Positions 16,068-25,926 of a stretch of 55,267 nt of DNA are shown in pieces. The position numbers and the translations under genes were made by a program. The notes below the pieces were generated by a model, which searched no databases, was not told the origin of the DNA, and saw only the letters and a program-made list of their open reading frames with translations. Position 1 is the stretch's first letter, and each line of letters opens with the position of its first letter. The stretch covers positions 1 through 55,267 of the forward strand of contig JAASSY010000002.1 in assembly GCA_021767645.1 (NCBI GenBank). Direction: 5' to 3'. The stretch is from Candidatus Parcubacteria bacterium (GTDB lineage Bacteria > Patescibacteriota > Minisyncoccia > Phycocordibacterales > UBA918).

Positions 16068-17303
16068 TTACGCTGGCACAAAGGTGAGCGCTTCACCTTG
16101 TTCACTCCCGCGACCAGTCCGTCCGATCCGGTGTACGTAATCTTCAAACGTAGCGGGCATATCGTAGTTAATGACATGGGACACTTTATCGACATGAATC
16201 CCGCGAGCTGCCACATCAGTGGCTACGAGCACTTGGGCGTTACCACTTTTAAAGGCACGGAGGGCTTGCTGGCGCTGCCCGTGACTTTTGTTACCGTGAA
16301 TAGCCTGAGCCTTGATGCCATCTGTATTCAGCTGGTCAGCCAACTTTTGCACACCGTGCTTCATAGCACCGAAAATGATAACGCGTTTAGCGGCAGATTT
16401 ACTCAGCAAGGTAAGGAGTGTGTCGTACTTATGATGTGCTTCGTAGCGAACCACATCTTGCTTGATGCTGTTAGTGACATCAGTCTTCTTGACTGACACA
16501 GTCACTGGGTCTCGTAGGAATTCGTGCACCAGTTTCTCAATTGTTGGTGACATCGTAGCGGAAAAGAAGAGTGTCTCACGCTGCGCTGGTGTTGTGCTGA
16601 GAATTGAACGCATGTCATGGATGAAACCCATGTCGAGCATCCGATCAGCTTCGTCCAGCACCACAGTACTCACTTGGTCAGTCCGAAAAGCACCACGTTC
16701 AATCAAATCTTTAATCCGCCCCGGCGTACCAATGACGAAATGATTCTTTCGCTTCAAGCGACCAATCTGCGGTCCGATAGGAGTCCCGCCGACACACGTA
16801 GTGAAGTACAAGCGTGCATTCATGGTGAATTTCTTGAGCTCTTGCTCAATTTGAATAGCCAGCTCACGAGTTGGTGTCAAAATCAACGTCTGGCGTCGAT
16901 ACTCCGCAAGCGTTTTCGTAATCAGTGGCAGCAAAAAGGCGGCTGTCTTACCAGTACCAGTTTCCGCTAAACCGATCACGTCGTGACCAGCGAGAATTTC
17001 TGGAATAATTTGATCTTGAATCGGCGAAGGCGTATCGATACCGTTCTTGGACAAAACCGTTGTCACACGCTTATCAAGACCAAAACTACCGAATGTATGC
17101 TTCGGTTTATAGACAACCTCTTCCACTGCGACTGGTGTAGTGTTGATAAATTGTGACGGGTTGAACGTCGGCTGTACGCGCTTACCACGACCACCACCAC
17201 GGGTGTGTCGCTGGGGACGTCCACCAGCTCGACCATTACGACGTGAGCCAGTGGCCGAGTACGAACGTCGACGTCGCGGACGCGACGAAGTAGTATTACT
17301 CAT
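16068..17303 (-). CDS. DEAD-box ATP-dependent RNA helicase
   Basis: Q-motif region, AETGTGKT, PTRELA, DEAD (VLDEADRM), SAT, HRIGRTGR. Arg-rich N-terminal tail. Confidence 0.9.
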   Translation of the reverse strand: MSNTTSSRPRRRRSYSATGSRRNGRAGGRPQRHTRGGGRGKRVQPTFNPSQFINTTPVAVEEVVYKPKHTFGSFGLDKRVTTVLSKNGIDTPSPIQDQIIPEILAGHDVIGLAETGTGKTAAFLLPLITKTLAEYRRQTLILTPTRELAIQIEQELKKFTMNARLYFTTCVGGTPIGPQIGRLKRKNHFVIGTPGRIKDLIERGAFRTDQVSTVVLDEADRMLDMGFIHDMRSILSTTPAQRETLFFSATMSPTIEKLVHEFLRDPVTVSVKKTDVTNSIKQDVVRYEAHHKYDTLLTLLSKSAAKRVIIFGAMKHGVQKLADQLNTDGIKAQAIHGNKSHGQRQQALRAFKSGNAQVLVATDVAARGIHVDKVSHVINYDMPATFEDYVHRIGRTGRGSEQGEALTFVPA

Positions 17304-17592
17304 ATATAGTATGTTGTTTCGTTAGAGAAGCGATATCGCTTCGGGCAGTGCAGGTAATAATTCCAAACGACTTCATCAGTGACTGACCGTCTGCAGCTTC
17401 AGAGCCCTACACGTGTATCAAAAGCTGGCAGCAGTATTACACACAGAGAACAAAAGTCAATCAAAAGCGCTTGTACATTTTTTCAGATGTGCTTTACTAC
17501 AAGCACAAAGCAGTTCTCCTCTTGAAGTACGCGACCAACGAAGCAGAAGTCAGGTGAAGAAGGTTTTGTTTACACAACTAAACAATAAAAAT

Positions 17593-17793
17593 ATGACAGG
17601 TACCATCGCACGTATCACAGACCGAGGATTCGGTTTTATTACTCCAGCTGAAGGTGAGAAAGATGTATTCTTCCACGCGCAGTCAGTTGTTGATGTTCAC
17701 TTCGATGATCTTAAAGAAGGTGACAAAGTAAGCTTCGATATCGAAGAAGGACCAAAAGGCCCTTCAGCCGCCAACGTCCAAAAAGCTGAATAA
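17593..17793 (+). CDS. csp: cold-shock protein (CspA family)
   Basis: MTGTIARITDRGFGFITP..DVFFH RNP1/RNP2 motifs, 66 aa. The upstream part of track ORF 17413.. is most likely a long 5' UTR. Confidence 0.9.
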   Translation: MTGTIARITDRGFGFITPAEGEKDVFFHAQSVVDVHFDDLKEGDKVSFDIEEGPKGPSAANVQKAE

Positions 17794-17807
17794 GGTACAC
17801 GGATTAT

Positions 17808-17842
17808 AAAACCAGCACTGCCCGAGGGCAGTGCTGGTTTTT
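17808..17842 (+). terminator. rho-independent terminator after csp
   Basis: 12-bp stem CCAGCACTGCCC/GGGCAGTGCTGG followed by TTTTT. Confidence 0.75.
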
Positions 17843-18761
17843 AATTGCCACCTTTACCGTGGAACCGCTTATGAACATCCCGCAAATGTTTGTCCGTCAC
17901 ATGGGTATAGACCTGGGTTGTACCTATATTGGCATGACCAAGAAGCGCTTGTACGGAACGAAGGTCGGCACCGTTTTGCAGCAAGTCGGTAGCGAAACTG
18001 TGGCGAATAACGTGTGGGGTTACCTTGCGCGTAATACCCGCTTTGGCTGCCATCTGCTTCATCATCCGCTGCACTGCCCGCACGGAGAGACGTAGTTCAG
18101 AGGCGTTTTTCGCGTTTTTACCGTACTGGATAAACAAAGCTTCATCCAGATCTTTGCGTTTCGCAAGGTACGCTTTTATAGACTGTTTCGCACGCTCGGA
18201 GAGAAACACCACACGAATCTTATCGCCCTTACCACGCACAGAAAACTCATCGCGGGTAAGATCAAGATCATCAATATTAAGCGAACATAATTCCGAAATA
18301 CGCAAACCAGTCGAAAAGAGGAGATCAAGGATGGCTCGATCGCGCGCACCAACCGGGGTGGTGGTGTCTGGGGCTTCCAGCAAACGGACAAGCTCTTGTG
18401 GTGTGATCAGGTCAAGTGATCGCTCGGGGACTTTGGCCAGCTCGATCCGCTCGGGGCTCAGTGACTCAACACCGCGTCTACGTAAATACTTCAAGAATGC
18501 TCGTAAGGCAATCAAGTAGTAATTTTGGGTTTTTCGTTTCATCGGTTCCATGCGACCACCCACCTTGGTACCTGGTTGTCGATTAAGATACAGTCGAAAC
18601 TCACGTACCATATCTTCAGTGAGCTTGCTTGGGTCATCTGTCTTGACGTAGTCCAGAAACTTCGTCAGGTACCGCTGGTAGTTTTCTACTGTTTTGACAC
18701 TCCGACCTCGTTCGATCTCTAAATACTCTAGAAATTGTCGCTGTAACTCCGCTAGTTTCAT
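17841..18761 (-). CDS. tyrosine site-specific recombinase (XerC/XerD-like)
   Basis: N-terminal SAM-like domain (FLEYLEIERGRSVKTVENYQRYL). Catalytic R (GLRISE), HVIRHSFAT, LLGHANIGTTQVYTH. ATG at 18761 (MKLAELQ) is preferred. Confidence 0.85.
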   Translation of the reverse strand: MKLAELQRQFLEYLEIERGRSVKTVENYQRYLTKFLDYVKTDDPSKLTEDMVREFRLYLNRQPGTKVGGRMEPMKRKTQNYYLIALRAFLKYLRRRGVESLSPERIELAKVPERSLDLITPQELVRLLEAPDTTTPVGARDRAILDLLFSTGLRISELCSLNIDDLDLTRDEFSVRGKGDKIRVVFLSERAKQSIKAYLAKRKDLDEALFIQYGKNAKNASELRLSVRAVQRMMKQMAAKAGITRKVTPHVIRHSFATDLLQNGADLRSVQALLGHANIGTTQVYTHVTDKHLRDVHKRFHGKGGN

Positions 18762-18958
18762 ACGTACGTACAGTATAGCAAGGAAGGGACGCACAATGAC
18801 ACTCCACACGTGGAACCACTCTAGAGGTATATCTTGCAAAATAAGCCAAATATGCTATAGTTTTACTAACCTTCGCAGGTTAACAGAGCGACTTTTAGAG
18901 GACAGTTCTGACTGTGTATCTACCTCATACAAAGTCGCGCTTTTTAAAAACGTGCACT

Positions 18959-19225
18959 ATGTTGAGTAAGCAAAAGAAAGCAAATGCGCTGAAGGAAACG
19001 CAACGTCATGAAGGTGACACTGGCTCACCGGAGTCACAAGTTGCTATCCTCACTCGCCAAATCGACGAGCTAGCAAAGCATTTGAAGAAAAATAAAAAAG
19101 ACTTTCACTCCCGACGTGGTCTCCTCCAGATGGTGGCCAATCGTCGCAAGCACTTGAAGTACTTGGAACGCAAAAATCCAGACGCGTACCAAACACTCAT
19201 CAAGAAGCTGGGTCTAAAGAAATAA
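18959..19225 (+). CDS. rpsO: 30S ribosomal protein S15
   Basis: [36 protein letters not shown] signature, 88 aa from the internal ATG. Confidence 0.9.
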   Translation: MLSKQKKANALKETQRHEGDTGSPESQVAILTRQIDELAKHLKKNKKDFHSRRGLLQMVANRRKHLKYLERKNPDAYQTLIKKLGLKK

Positions 19226-19310
19226 CTCCTTGCGCTGCTCGACGTACGTCGAGCAGTTGCGTTTTTCTTACTTTTTCCATAGGCAACTATTTTTATAATC
19301 ATATAATATT

Positions 19311-19913
19311 ATGTCAGTTATTCGACATCCGGCGCAACGAGTTGCGGTCATCATAGATACGCAAAACCTCTACCACAGTGCCAAGAACTTATACAAAGCT
19401 AAAGTAAATTTTCAGAACGTCGTCCAAGCCGCTGTGGGTGATCGACAACTCGTCCGGGCAGTGGCATACGTCGTCAACACCGAAAGCGGAGAAGAGCAAC
19501 CTTTTTTCGAAGCACTCGAAAAAATTGGTATTGAAATAAAAACCAAAGACTTACAAATTTTCTTCGGTGGCGCCAAAAAAGCTGACTGGGACGTCGGGAT
19601 GGCAGTTGACGCCATTAAAGTAGCGCATAAAGTTGACGCTGTTGTGCTCGCCACTGGTGACGGCGACTTCGTTCCTTGCGTTGAGTACGTTAAGAGTTTA
19701 GGTGCGCAAGTTGAAGCTATTACATTTGGTCGTAGTGCGAGCAGCCGCTTACGGGAAGTGGTTGATGATTTTATTGATCTAGACGACGACCCAAAAACCT
19801 TTGTCCTCGGTTATCGCGCCCCGCGCAAACGAACCAGTCGACGGGCACCAGCCAAAAAACAAACAAAAAAAGCAGCCGTTAAGACCGTTGGTACCGATAC
19901 TGACGCACTCTAA
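19311..19913 (+). CDS. NYN/LabA-like (PIN-like) domain protein
   Basis: VAVIIDTQNLYHS..., DWDVGMAVDA, LATGDGDFVPCV motifs of the NYN/LabA family. Basic C-terminal tail. Confidence 0.8.
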   Translation: MSVIRHPAQRVAVIIDTQNLYHSAKNLYKAKVNFQNVVQAAVGDRQLVRAVAYVVNTESGEEQPFFEALEKIGIEIKTKDLQIFFGGAKKADWDVGMAVDAIKVAHKVDAVVLATGDGDFVPCVEYVKSLGAQVEAITFGRSASSRLREVVDDFIDLDDDPKTFVLGYRAPRKRTSRRAPAKKQTKKAAVKTVGTDTDAL

Positions 19914-19990
19914 AGCTCTTCAACTAGCCCGATTGTTAATACCTCAACTCGACCGACAGTCGTATGGTAAGGTAACAGCGGAGGTGAACC

Positions 19991-20140
19991 ATGACGATAT
20001 TGCGCTTCACAAACAGCCTACAACATTGGCTACACTGGGTGCAGCTGCGCTGGCACCAGCTTGAGCAAGCACTCGATGACGGCGCCTACTACCATCGCCG
20101 GCGTCGAGAGATGCATCAACGACACGGCATTGACTGCTGA
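19991..20140 (+). CDS. 49-aa Trp/His/Arg-rich micro-ORF (MTILRFTNSLQHWLHWVQLRWHQLEQALDDGAYYHRRRREMHQRHGIDC)
   Basis: GGAGGTGA SD 3-6 nt upstream of the ATG. Followed by a 12-bp terminator hairpin GGCCCGAAACAC/GTGTTTCGGGCC (20148-20176) plus a T-rich tail. Below the track cut-off. Confidence 0.3.
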   Translation: MTILRFTNSLQHWLHWVQLRWHQLEQALDDGAYYHRRRREMHQRHGIDC

Positions 20141-20279
20141 TCGCTACGGCCCGAAACACGTTTTGTGTTTCGGGCCTTGATTGGTATGGTTATACAGTTA
20201 CCCTTAATTGAGGGCGTGCGGTAGGCAGGTTACAACATGCGTTGCAATCTGAAACTGCGCGCTCTCTCATAATTATTGT

Positions 20280-22397
20280 ATGCAACAAGAAACCCATACG
20301 TTAGAGTTAGCTGGCAAAACTTTGTCAGCCACATTTACTGACCTAACTGATCAAGCCAACGGCTCTGTGCTACTGCGCTACGGTGAAACCGCCATTTTAG
20401 TTACCGCGGTGATGAGTAGTCGTGAGAGCAACATGCCGTACTTTCCACTCTCGGTAGAGTTTGAAGAAAAATTCTATGCCGCCGGAGCGATTATGGGCAA
20501 CCGTTTCCAACGCCGGGAAGGTCGACCGAGTGAAGAAGCTATCCTGTCAGCCCGTATTATTGATCGCACAATCCGACCATTGTTTGACCAAACCATGCGA
20601 CGTGATATTCAAGTGGTCACCACCGTACTCGCGATGGGTGAAGACGATCCTGACGTACTTGGTGTGATTGGCGCATCACTGGCGCTTGGTGTCTCCAACA
20701 TTCCGTGGCGAGGACCCGTAGGTGCGGTACGAATTGGTCGCCACAAAGAGTCGGGTGACATCATTATCAACCCTACCTACCTACAACGCGAAGAGGGTGA
20801 GCTCGATTTTGAAGTACTGGCGTGTGGTAAAGAGGGCAATATAAACATGATTGAAACAGCTGCCCACGAAGTGAGTGAAGACGACATCACCGCTGTGCTA
20901 GAAGCTAGTACACGCGTTCACCAAAAACTAGAAGCTTGGCAAGAAGAGCTTATTGCCAAGCATGGTCACCAAAAATATGAACATACCGCACCTGACGTTT
21001 CTGCAGCGGTTAAACAATTATTCCAAGAACAATTCAGAACCAGATTGTACGACACGATCTTTGCCGGCAAGACGGGTAAGGAGCACATACATGCTGTTAA
21101 GGACGCCTTTTGTGCCGAACTAACCAACCAAGATATCGAGCACGACAGCGCACTGGTCGATCAGTTCTTCGCTGCACACGTTGATACACTGTTACACAAA
21201 GGAGCCCTTGAGGAAGGGAAGCGCGCTGATGGACGGGCCATGGATGAAGTACGTGAACTCTACGCGCAAGCTGGTGATGTATCACCAATACTGCACGGAT
21301 CAGGTATTTTCTATCGCGGTGGTACACATATATTCACCGCACTCACACTGGCCGGACCAAGTGAAGCAATGACTATCGACACTATCGAAGAACAAGATAG
21401 TCGAAAACACTTTATGCATCACTACAACTTCCCACCCTTTTCCGTCGGTGAGTCTGGTCGGATAGGTGGTTTCAATCGTCGCATGATTGGTCACGGCGCT
21501 CTGGCAGAGAAAGCAGTTGCCCCCGTTATTCCAAGTCAGGAGTCATTTCCGTACACTATTCGTCTGGTATCGGAAACAATGGCCTCGAATGGATCGAGTT
21601 CTATGGGGTCAGTGTGTGGATCTACGCTGGCGCTAATGGATGGCGGTGTACCGATTACGCGACCGGTGGCTGGCATCGCTTCGGGGCTGATGATGGATGG
21701 TGATCAATACAAACTGCTCACTGATATTCAAGGACCAGAAGATGAGTACGGTGACATGGATTTTAAAGTTGCTGGGACGCGCGTCGGTGTGACTGCTATC
21801 CAGATGGATGTAAAAGTAGACGGGGTGCCGGTACCAATCCTAGCGGAAGCACTGGCAGCAGCCAAGCAAGCCCGGCTCCAGATTCTCGATGTTATCGAAG
21901 CCACCATTGCAGAGCCGCGAGCGCAGATTTCTCCGCGCGCTCCAGAGATTGTGGTAATGCAGATCAACCCGGAGCAAATCGGTATGGTGATCGGCTCTGG
22001 CGGTAAAACGATCAACGCTCTAAAAGAGGAAACCGGAGTAGAAGAGATTACGATCGAGGACAGCGGTACTATTTATATTACTGGGCGTAACGGCTCAGCT
22101 ATCACTGCGAAAGAGCGCATCGAAACAATGACCCACGTGTACGCAGTTGGTGACACCACCGAAGCGGAGGTGGTAAAGGTAACTGATTTTGGTGCCTTTG
22201 TCCGACTCGATAATGGACAAGAGGGACTGGTACACATTTCGGAAGTCGCACCATACCGCATCGAATCAATGCAAGGCGTGGCGAATGTTGGCGAAACGGT
22301 ACCAGTGGTAGTGAGCAAGATTGAGAACGGTAAAATTGGACTCTCAATCAAGCAAGCTGACCCTGATTTTGCCAAACGTAAAGGCATCACCGAGTAA
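20280..22397 (+). CDS. pnp: polyribonucleotide nucleotidyltransferase (PNPase)
   Basis: Two RNase PH domains, then KH (GSGGKTINALKEETG) and S1 (GAFVRL..GQEGLVHISE) domains, 705 aa. Confidence 0.95.
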   Translation: MQQETHTLELAGKTLSATFTDLTDQANGSVLLRYGETAILVTAVMSSRESNMPYFPLSVEFEEKFYAAGAIMGNRFQRREGRPSEEAILSARIIDRTIRPLFDQTMRRDIQVVTTVLAMGEDDPDVLGVIGASLALGVSNIPWRGPVGAVRIGRHKESGDIIINPTYLQREEGELDFEVLACGKEGNINMIETAAHEVSEDDITAVLEASTRVHQKLEAWQEELIAKHGHQKYEHTAPDVSAAVKQLFQEQFRTRLYDTIFAGKTGKEHIHAVKDAFCAELTNQDIEHDSALVDQFFAAHVDTLLHKGALEEGKRADGRAMDEVRELYAQAGDVSPILHGSGIFYRGGTHIFTALTLAGPSEAMTIDTIEEQDSRKHFMHHYNFPPFSVGESGRIGGFNRRMIGHGALAEKAVAPVIPSQESFPYTIRLVSETMASNGSSSMGSVCGSTLALMDGGVPITRPVAGIASGLMMDGDQYKLLTDIQGPEDEYGDMDFKVAGTRVGVTAIQMDVKVDGVPVPILAEALAAAKQARLQILDVIEATIAEPRAQISPRAPEIVVMQINPEQIGMVIGSGGKTINALKEETGVEEITIEDSGTIYITGRNGSAITAKERIETMTHVYAVGDTTEAEVVKVTDFGAFVRLDNGQEGLVHISEVAPYRIESMQGVANVGETVPVVVSKIENGKIGLSIKQADPDFAKRKGITE

Positions 22398-22411
22398 GCC
22401 CTACACTGATT

Positions 22412-22445
22412 ACGCGCCCACGACATTTCGTGGGCGCGTTTGTTA
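22412..22445 (+). terminator. rho-independent terminator after pnp
   Basis: 12-bp stem ACGCGCCCACGA/TCGTGGGCGCGT with loop CATT, then TTGTT. Confidence 0.7.
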
Positions 22446-22490
22446 ATTACTACACTATTACAGTATGCGAAACATGCCATACTTACTGTA

Positions 22491-24362
22491 ATGAATCAGG
22501 CTGGTATACAGAAAATCCGTACCTTTCAAGACGACCTTGCGAACGCACGTCGTCATCGCGATGATGATAACGACACAGACGCTCCAACCACTCCCACTAC
22601 AGATACTACAGATGTAGAACCAGCAGAACCAGCAGAACCAGCAGAACCAGCAGAACCAGCAGAACCAGCAGAACCAGCAGAACCAGCAGAACCAGCAGAA
22701 CCAGCAGAACCAGCAGGGGGCAACATAGCAGTACCCACTCCCAATCCGCTACCAACTAACCACAACACATCATCTGTTGACGCGATTGCTAACCAACTTG
22801 AGCAAGAACCAAGAGACGAAGCAGCCAAAACGGAAATGCCAACCGTAACCGCTGCAATGCCAACCGAACTGGCCCGTACTGCCGATAGTGATGGTGATGT
22901 TTCGTTGGCCGAAACGGTTGAAACTGGCACGATCGTACAAGATAAGAAAGTAGAACACCGTGGTTTTTGGGGTGCAGTGCAAGAAAACTGGGAAGATCGA
23001 CGGCAACGACGAGCGGCCAGGCAGGCAGCTCAGCACGACCAAACACCTACGGTTACCCGGGCGGACAATCGGCTTGATAAACTGCGAGCTGCGGCAGTCC
23101 AAAGTTATCAAGCACCCCAAGGCGACCACGATGCACTCCTCCAGCAGGTGAAAGATCGGGCAACAACCACTGCACCGAAAAATAGTTTAACGGTGAAACA
23201 AGTAACGGAAACAACACCTACTTGGAACCACGTAGTACAAAAGGAACAACCGACTCAGCCAAAACCACCCACCAACAATGCACCCACCTCTTGGCAGCCG
23301 CCAATAGAGTCGATCACACACGAAAGAGTCACCGATCAGAAACGTACTAGCAACAACCATACAGCACCGCAGACATCAACCACGACGCAACCAACACCAG
23401 GCACCAAGCGCATACCAACCCCAACTGCTGCAACCAGTAGTACCCCAACTGCACCGACCAAGACCACAAAAGCCAAACTTCAGCCACAGCCAACAATCGC
23501 TCAAACCGCAACATCTCCTACTAGAAAAACAACGACAAGCGCTACAGCCGTACCACAACCCACACTGACAACACAAACTCGGAAGCAATCCCCTACAGCC
23601 AGTGCACCTAAAACAACACCAGCAAACACCAAGCGGACGGTCGATCTACGCAGCCAAGTCAGCGATTCGAAACCGCGCTTGAGTAGCAAGCTGCTACTTG
23701 GTATAGCCACGATACTATTTATAACTGGCCTGAGCGGGGGAGGTGTGTGGTACTACACCCAAAACCAAAACAACCTACCAACCCCTACAGCAGCAGTACA
23801 ACAATCACTCATCAATGCAGATGAAACGATTACTGTTCCGGTCACATCCGACAGTGAAAACGTATTAACGACTGTATATAACAACATGCTTGGTTCAGCT
23901 ACCTTGCGTGCGCACACATTTACCAACGGTGCTGGAGCGCTAGCTGACCCAACCCTTCTCATTACTAATATGAACTTACGTGTATCAGGAGCTTTTGGTC
24001 GCTCACTGACTGCACTAACGGCTGGCAGCATTAACGGTACCGACCCATTCATCGTATTACGTGCAACTGACTTTGATACAGCATTCGCTGGTATGTTGAG
24101 CTGGGAGCAAAGTATGACCGTTGACCTCTCCCCACTATTTGGTACCCCGGTCAGTGAGTCATTTGACGAAACCGCTCGAACGAGCAACCAAGTGCGGAGC
24201 AGTTTCTTTAAAGACATCATTGTCGCCAATACCAGTGCACGCGTGTTAGTAGACGAAACAAACACGCAACGCATCCTGTACGGTTTTGTTACTCCCAACA
24301 CGATTCTCATTACTGTCAATGAAGATGTCTATACCCGTTTGTTGCCACACATTAACCGATAA
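22491..24362 (+). CDS. hypothetical single-pass membrane protein with disordered Pro/Thr/Gln-rich N-half and (EPA)n repeat
   Basis: Track ORF. The ATG at 22491 avoids overlap with the pnp terminator. One TM (LLLGIATILFITGLSGGGVWYY) and a folded-looking C-terminal domain of about 200 aa. No family recognised. Confidence 0.6.
   Translation: MNQAGIQKIRTFQDDLANARRHRDDDNDTDAPTTPTTDTTDVEPAEPAEPAEPAEPAEPAEPAEPAEPAEPAEPAGGNIAVPTPNPLPTNHNTSSVDAIANQLEQEPRDEAAKTEMPTVTAAMPTELARTADSDGDVSLAETVETGTIVQDKKVEHRGFWGAVQENWEDRRQRRAARQAAQHDQTPTVTRADNRLDKLRAAAVQSYQAPQGDHDALLQQVKDRATTTAPKNSLTVKQVTETTPTWNHVVQKEQPTQPKPPTNNAPTSWQPPIESITHERVTDQKRTSNNHTAPQTSTTTQPTPGTKRIPTPTAATSSTPTAPTKTTKAKLQPQPTIAQTATSPTRKTTTSATAVPQPTLTTQTRKQSPTASAPKTTPANTKRTVDLRSQVSDSKPRLSSKLLLGIATILFITGLSGGGVWYYTQNQNNLPTPTAAVQQSLINADETITVPVTSDSENVLTTVYNNMLGSATLRAHTFTNGAGALADPTLLITNMNLRVSGAFGRSLTALTAGSINGTDPFIVLRATDFDTAFAGMLSWEQSMTVDLSPLFGTPVSESFDETARTSNQVRSSFFKDIIVANTSARVLVDETNTQRILYGFVTPNTILITVNEDVYTRLLPHINR
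22617..22715 (+). repeat. perfect 9-bp tandem repeat GAACCAGCA x11 (in-frame Glu-Pro-Ala)
   Basis: Counted directly: 99 nt with no interruptions. Confidence 0.95.
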
Positions 24363-24372
24363 GTGAATCTTT

Positions 24373-25881
24373 ATGGGAATTGCCACTACGTTCACAGCTC
24401 AAAGTGCAGTTGCCGGTGGAACACCGATTACCATTGAAGCTGACTTAGCCCGTGGTTTACACTCATTCACCATTGTCGGCCTGGCTGGCAAAGCTGTTGA
24501 GGAAGCAAAAGACCGGGTCAGTGCAGCCATTAAAAATAGTGGGTACCCAGCGCCCAAAAGTCAGAACCAAAAAATTACCATCTCACTTGCACCGGCTGAT
24601 ATGAAAAAAGATGGACCATTGTTTGACCTGCCGATTGCAATCGCATACCTCATCGCCGCTGACCAGCTAGTGCTCGACCAAACTCGTCGTATGTTTGTAG
24701 GTGAATTATCACTCGGTGGCGAGCTGCAAGCAGTACGTGGTGTGTTATCTGTCGTACAAACAGCCAAACAGTATGGTTTCCAGGAAGTAATTGTACCGAC
24801 AGCAAACGTTACCGAAGCGGCGCTTGTTGAAGGCGTATCGATCGTTGGGGCAGAAACGTTACGAGATGTGGTTGAACACGTCAGCGTGGACAGCGCAACC
24901 GTGCTACCGAGCGCCGCTGTTACGACGATCAGCGACGACTGGTCAGATACATTGGTGCGTTTAGAGGACATCAAAGGTCAGGACCAAGCGAAGCGTGGAC
25001 TCATCATTGCGGCTGCTGGTCGACACAATTCGTTAATGGTTGGGCCACCCGGAACTGGTAAAACCATGTTAGCTCGCGCACTGCAAAACCTCTTACCACC
25101 ACTCTCACGTGAAGAGGCACTTGAAGTAACTGGTATCCATTCCATTGCCGGAGAATTCTCTGGCACCGTAACCAGTCAGCCACCATTTCGTGCTCCACAC
25201 CACACTTCCTCACACACCGCACTGGTGGGTGGTGGTAGCAACCCGCGTCCAGGTGAGGTAACCTTGGCACACCGCGGTGTCTTGTTTGTTGATGAATTTC
25301 CTGAATTTGAACGACGATCGATTGACGCCCTTCGACAACCTTTGGAAGATCGGGTGGTAACGATATCACGTGTACAAGGCAGTGCGGTTTTTCCTGCCGA
25401 TGTCACTCTGGTCGCAGCTATGAACCCGTACCGAGGTAGCGAAGACGGTACTACTGACTACGCAGCAGCGATGCTTGAGAGTTATAAAGGCAAAATCTCT
25501 GGACCTATCTTAGACCGAATCGATCTTTGGCTACCAGTACCGCACGTTGATTATGATACGTTGACCACCAAACACACTCGTACGGACGAAACAAAAAAAG
25601 CCCGCGAGCAAATACTTGCCGCCCGTGAACGTATGCGTAACCGCTTTAACAACAACACTACCACTAACGCCAGCATGAGTGCGCGTGATATTGAAACGCT
25701 CGTCTCTGTCAGTGATGCAGTTGAGAAAGTTATGAAACAAGCGGCCCAAAAACTCAACCTCTCACCCCGTAGCTACCACCGGGTACTGAAGGTGGCGCTC
25801 ACAATTGCCGACCTGTCCGGCGCAGACACGATCGAACCGGCGCACGTTCTAGAGGCCTTGCAGTATCGTGTCAAACTATAA
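24373..25881 (+). CDS. comM: YifB/ComM-family Mg-chelatase-like AAA+ ATPase
   Basis: N-terminal Lon-protease-like domain, Walker A GPPGTGKT, VLFVDEFPEF Walker B, C-terminal ChlI-like helical domain. Confidence 0.9.
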   Translation: MGIATTFTAQSAVAGGTPITIEADLARGLHSFTIVGLAGKAVEEAKDRVSAAIKNSGYPAPKSQNQKITISLAPADMKKDGPLFDLPIAIAYLIAADQLVLDQTRRMFVGELSLGGELQAVRGVLSVVQTAKQYGFQEVIVPTANVTEAALVEGVSIVGAETLRDVVEHVSVDSATVLPSAAVTTISDDWSDTLVRLEDIKGQDQAKRGLIIAAAGRHNSLMVGPPGTGKTMLARALQNLLPPLSREEALEVTGIHSIAGEFSGTVTSQPPFRAPHHTSSHTALVGGGSNPRPGEVTLAHRGVLFVDEFPEFERRSIDALRQPLEDRVVTISRVQGSAVFPADVTLVAAMNPYRGSEDGTTDYAAAMLESYKGKISGPILDRIDLWLPVPHVDYDTLTTKHTRTDETKKAREQILAARERMRNRFNNNTTTNASMSARDIETLVSVSDAVEKVMKQAAQKLNLSPRSYHRVLKVALTIADLSGADTIEPAHVLEALQYRVKL

Positions 25882-25915
25882 AAAACTGCCAGCGTATATA
25901 CGCTGGCAGTTTTTA
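25881..25915. terminator. bidirectional terminator between comM and the LysM-M23 gene
   Basis: AAAAACTGCCAGCG-TATATA-CGCTGGCAGTTTTT. Confidence 0.75.
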
Positions 25916-25926
25916 TAAGCACAATG

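Noticed and set aside
17413-17592. N-terminal 60 codons of the track ORF containing csp
   Set aside because: Csp homology starts exactly at the ATG at 17593. Long structured 5' UTRs are normal for cold-shock genes.
17841-18761. Xer-like recombinase as the integrase responsible for the tRNA-end duplications
   Set aside because: It lies 9 kb away with housekeeping neighbours (csp, rpsO) and looks like a chromosomal XerC/D. No sequence evidence links it to the tRNA-linked elements.
22617-22715. Possible CRISPR-like array
   Set aside because: The unit is only 9 bp, perfectly tandem with no spacers, and is in frame within a long ORF. It is a coding microsatellite, not a CRISPR array.
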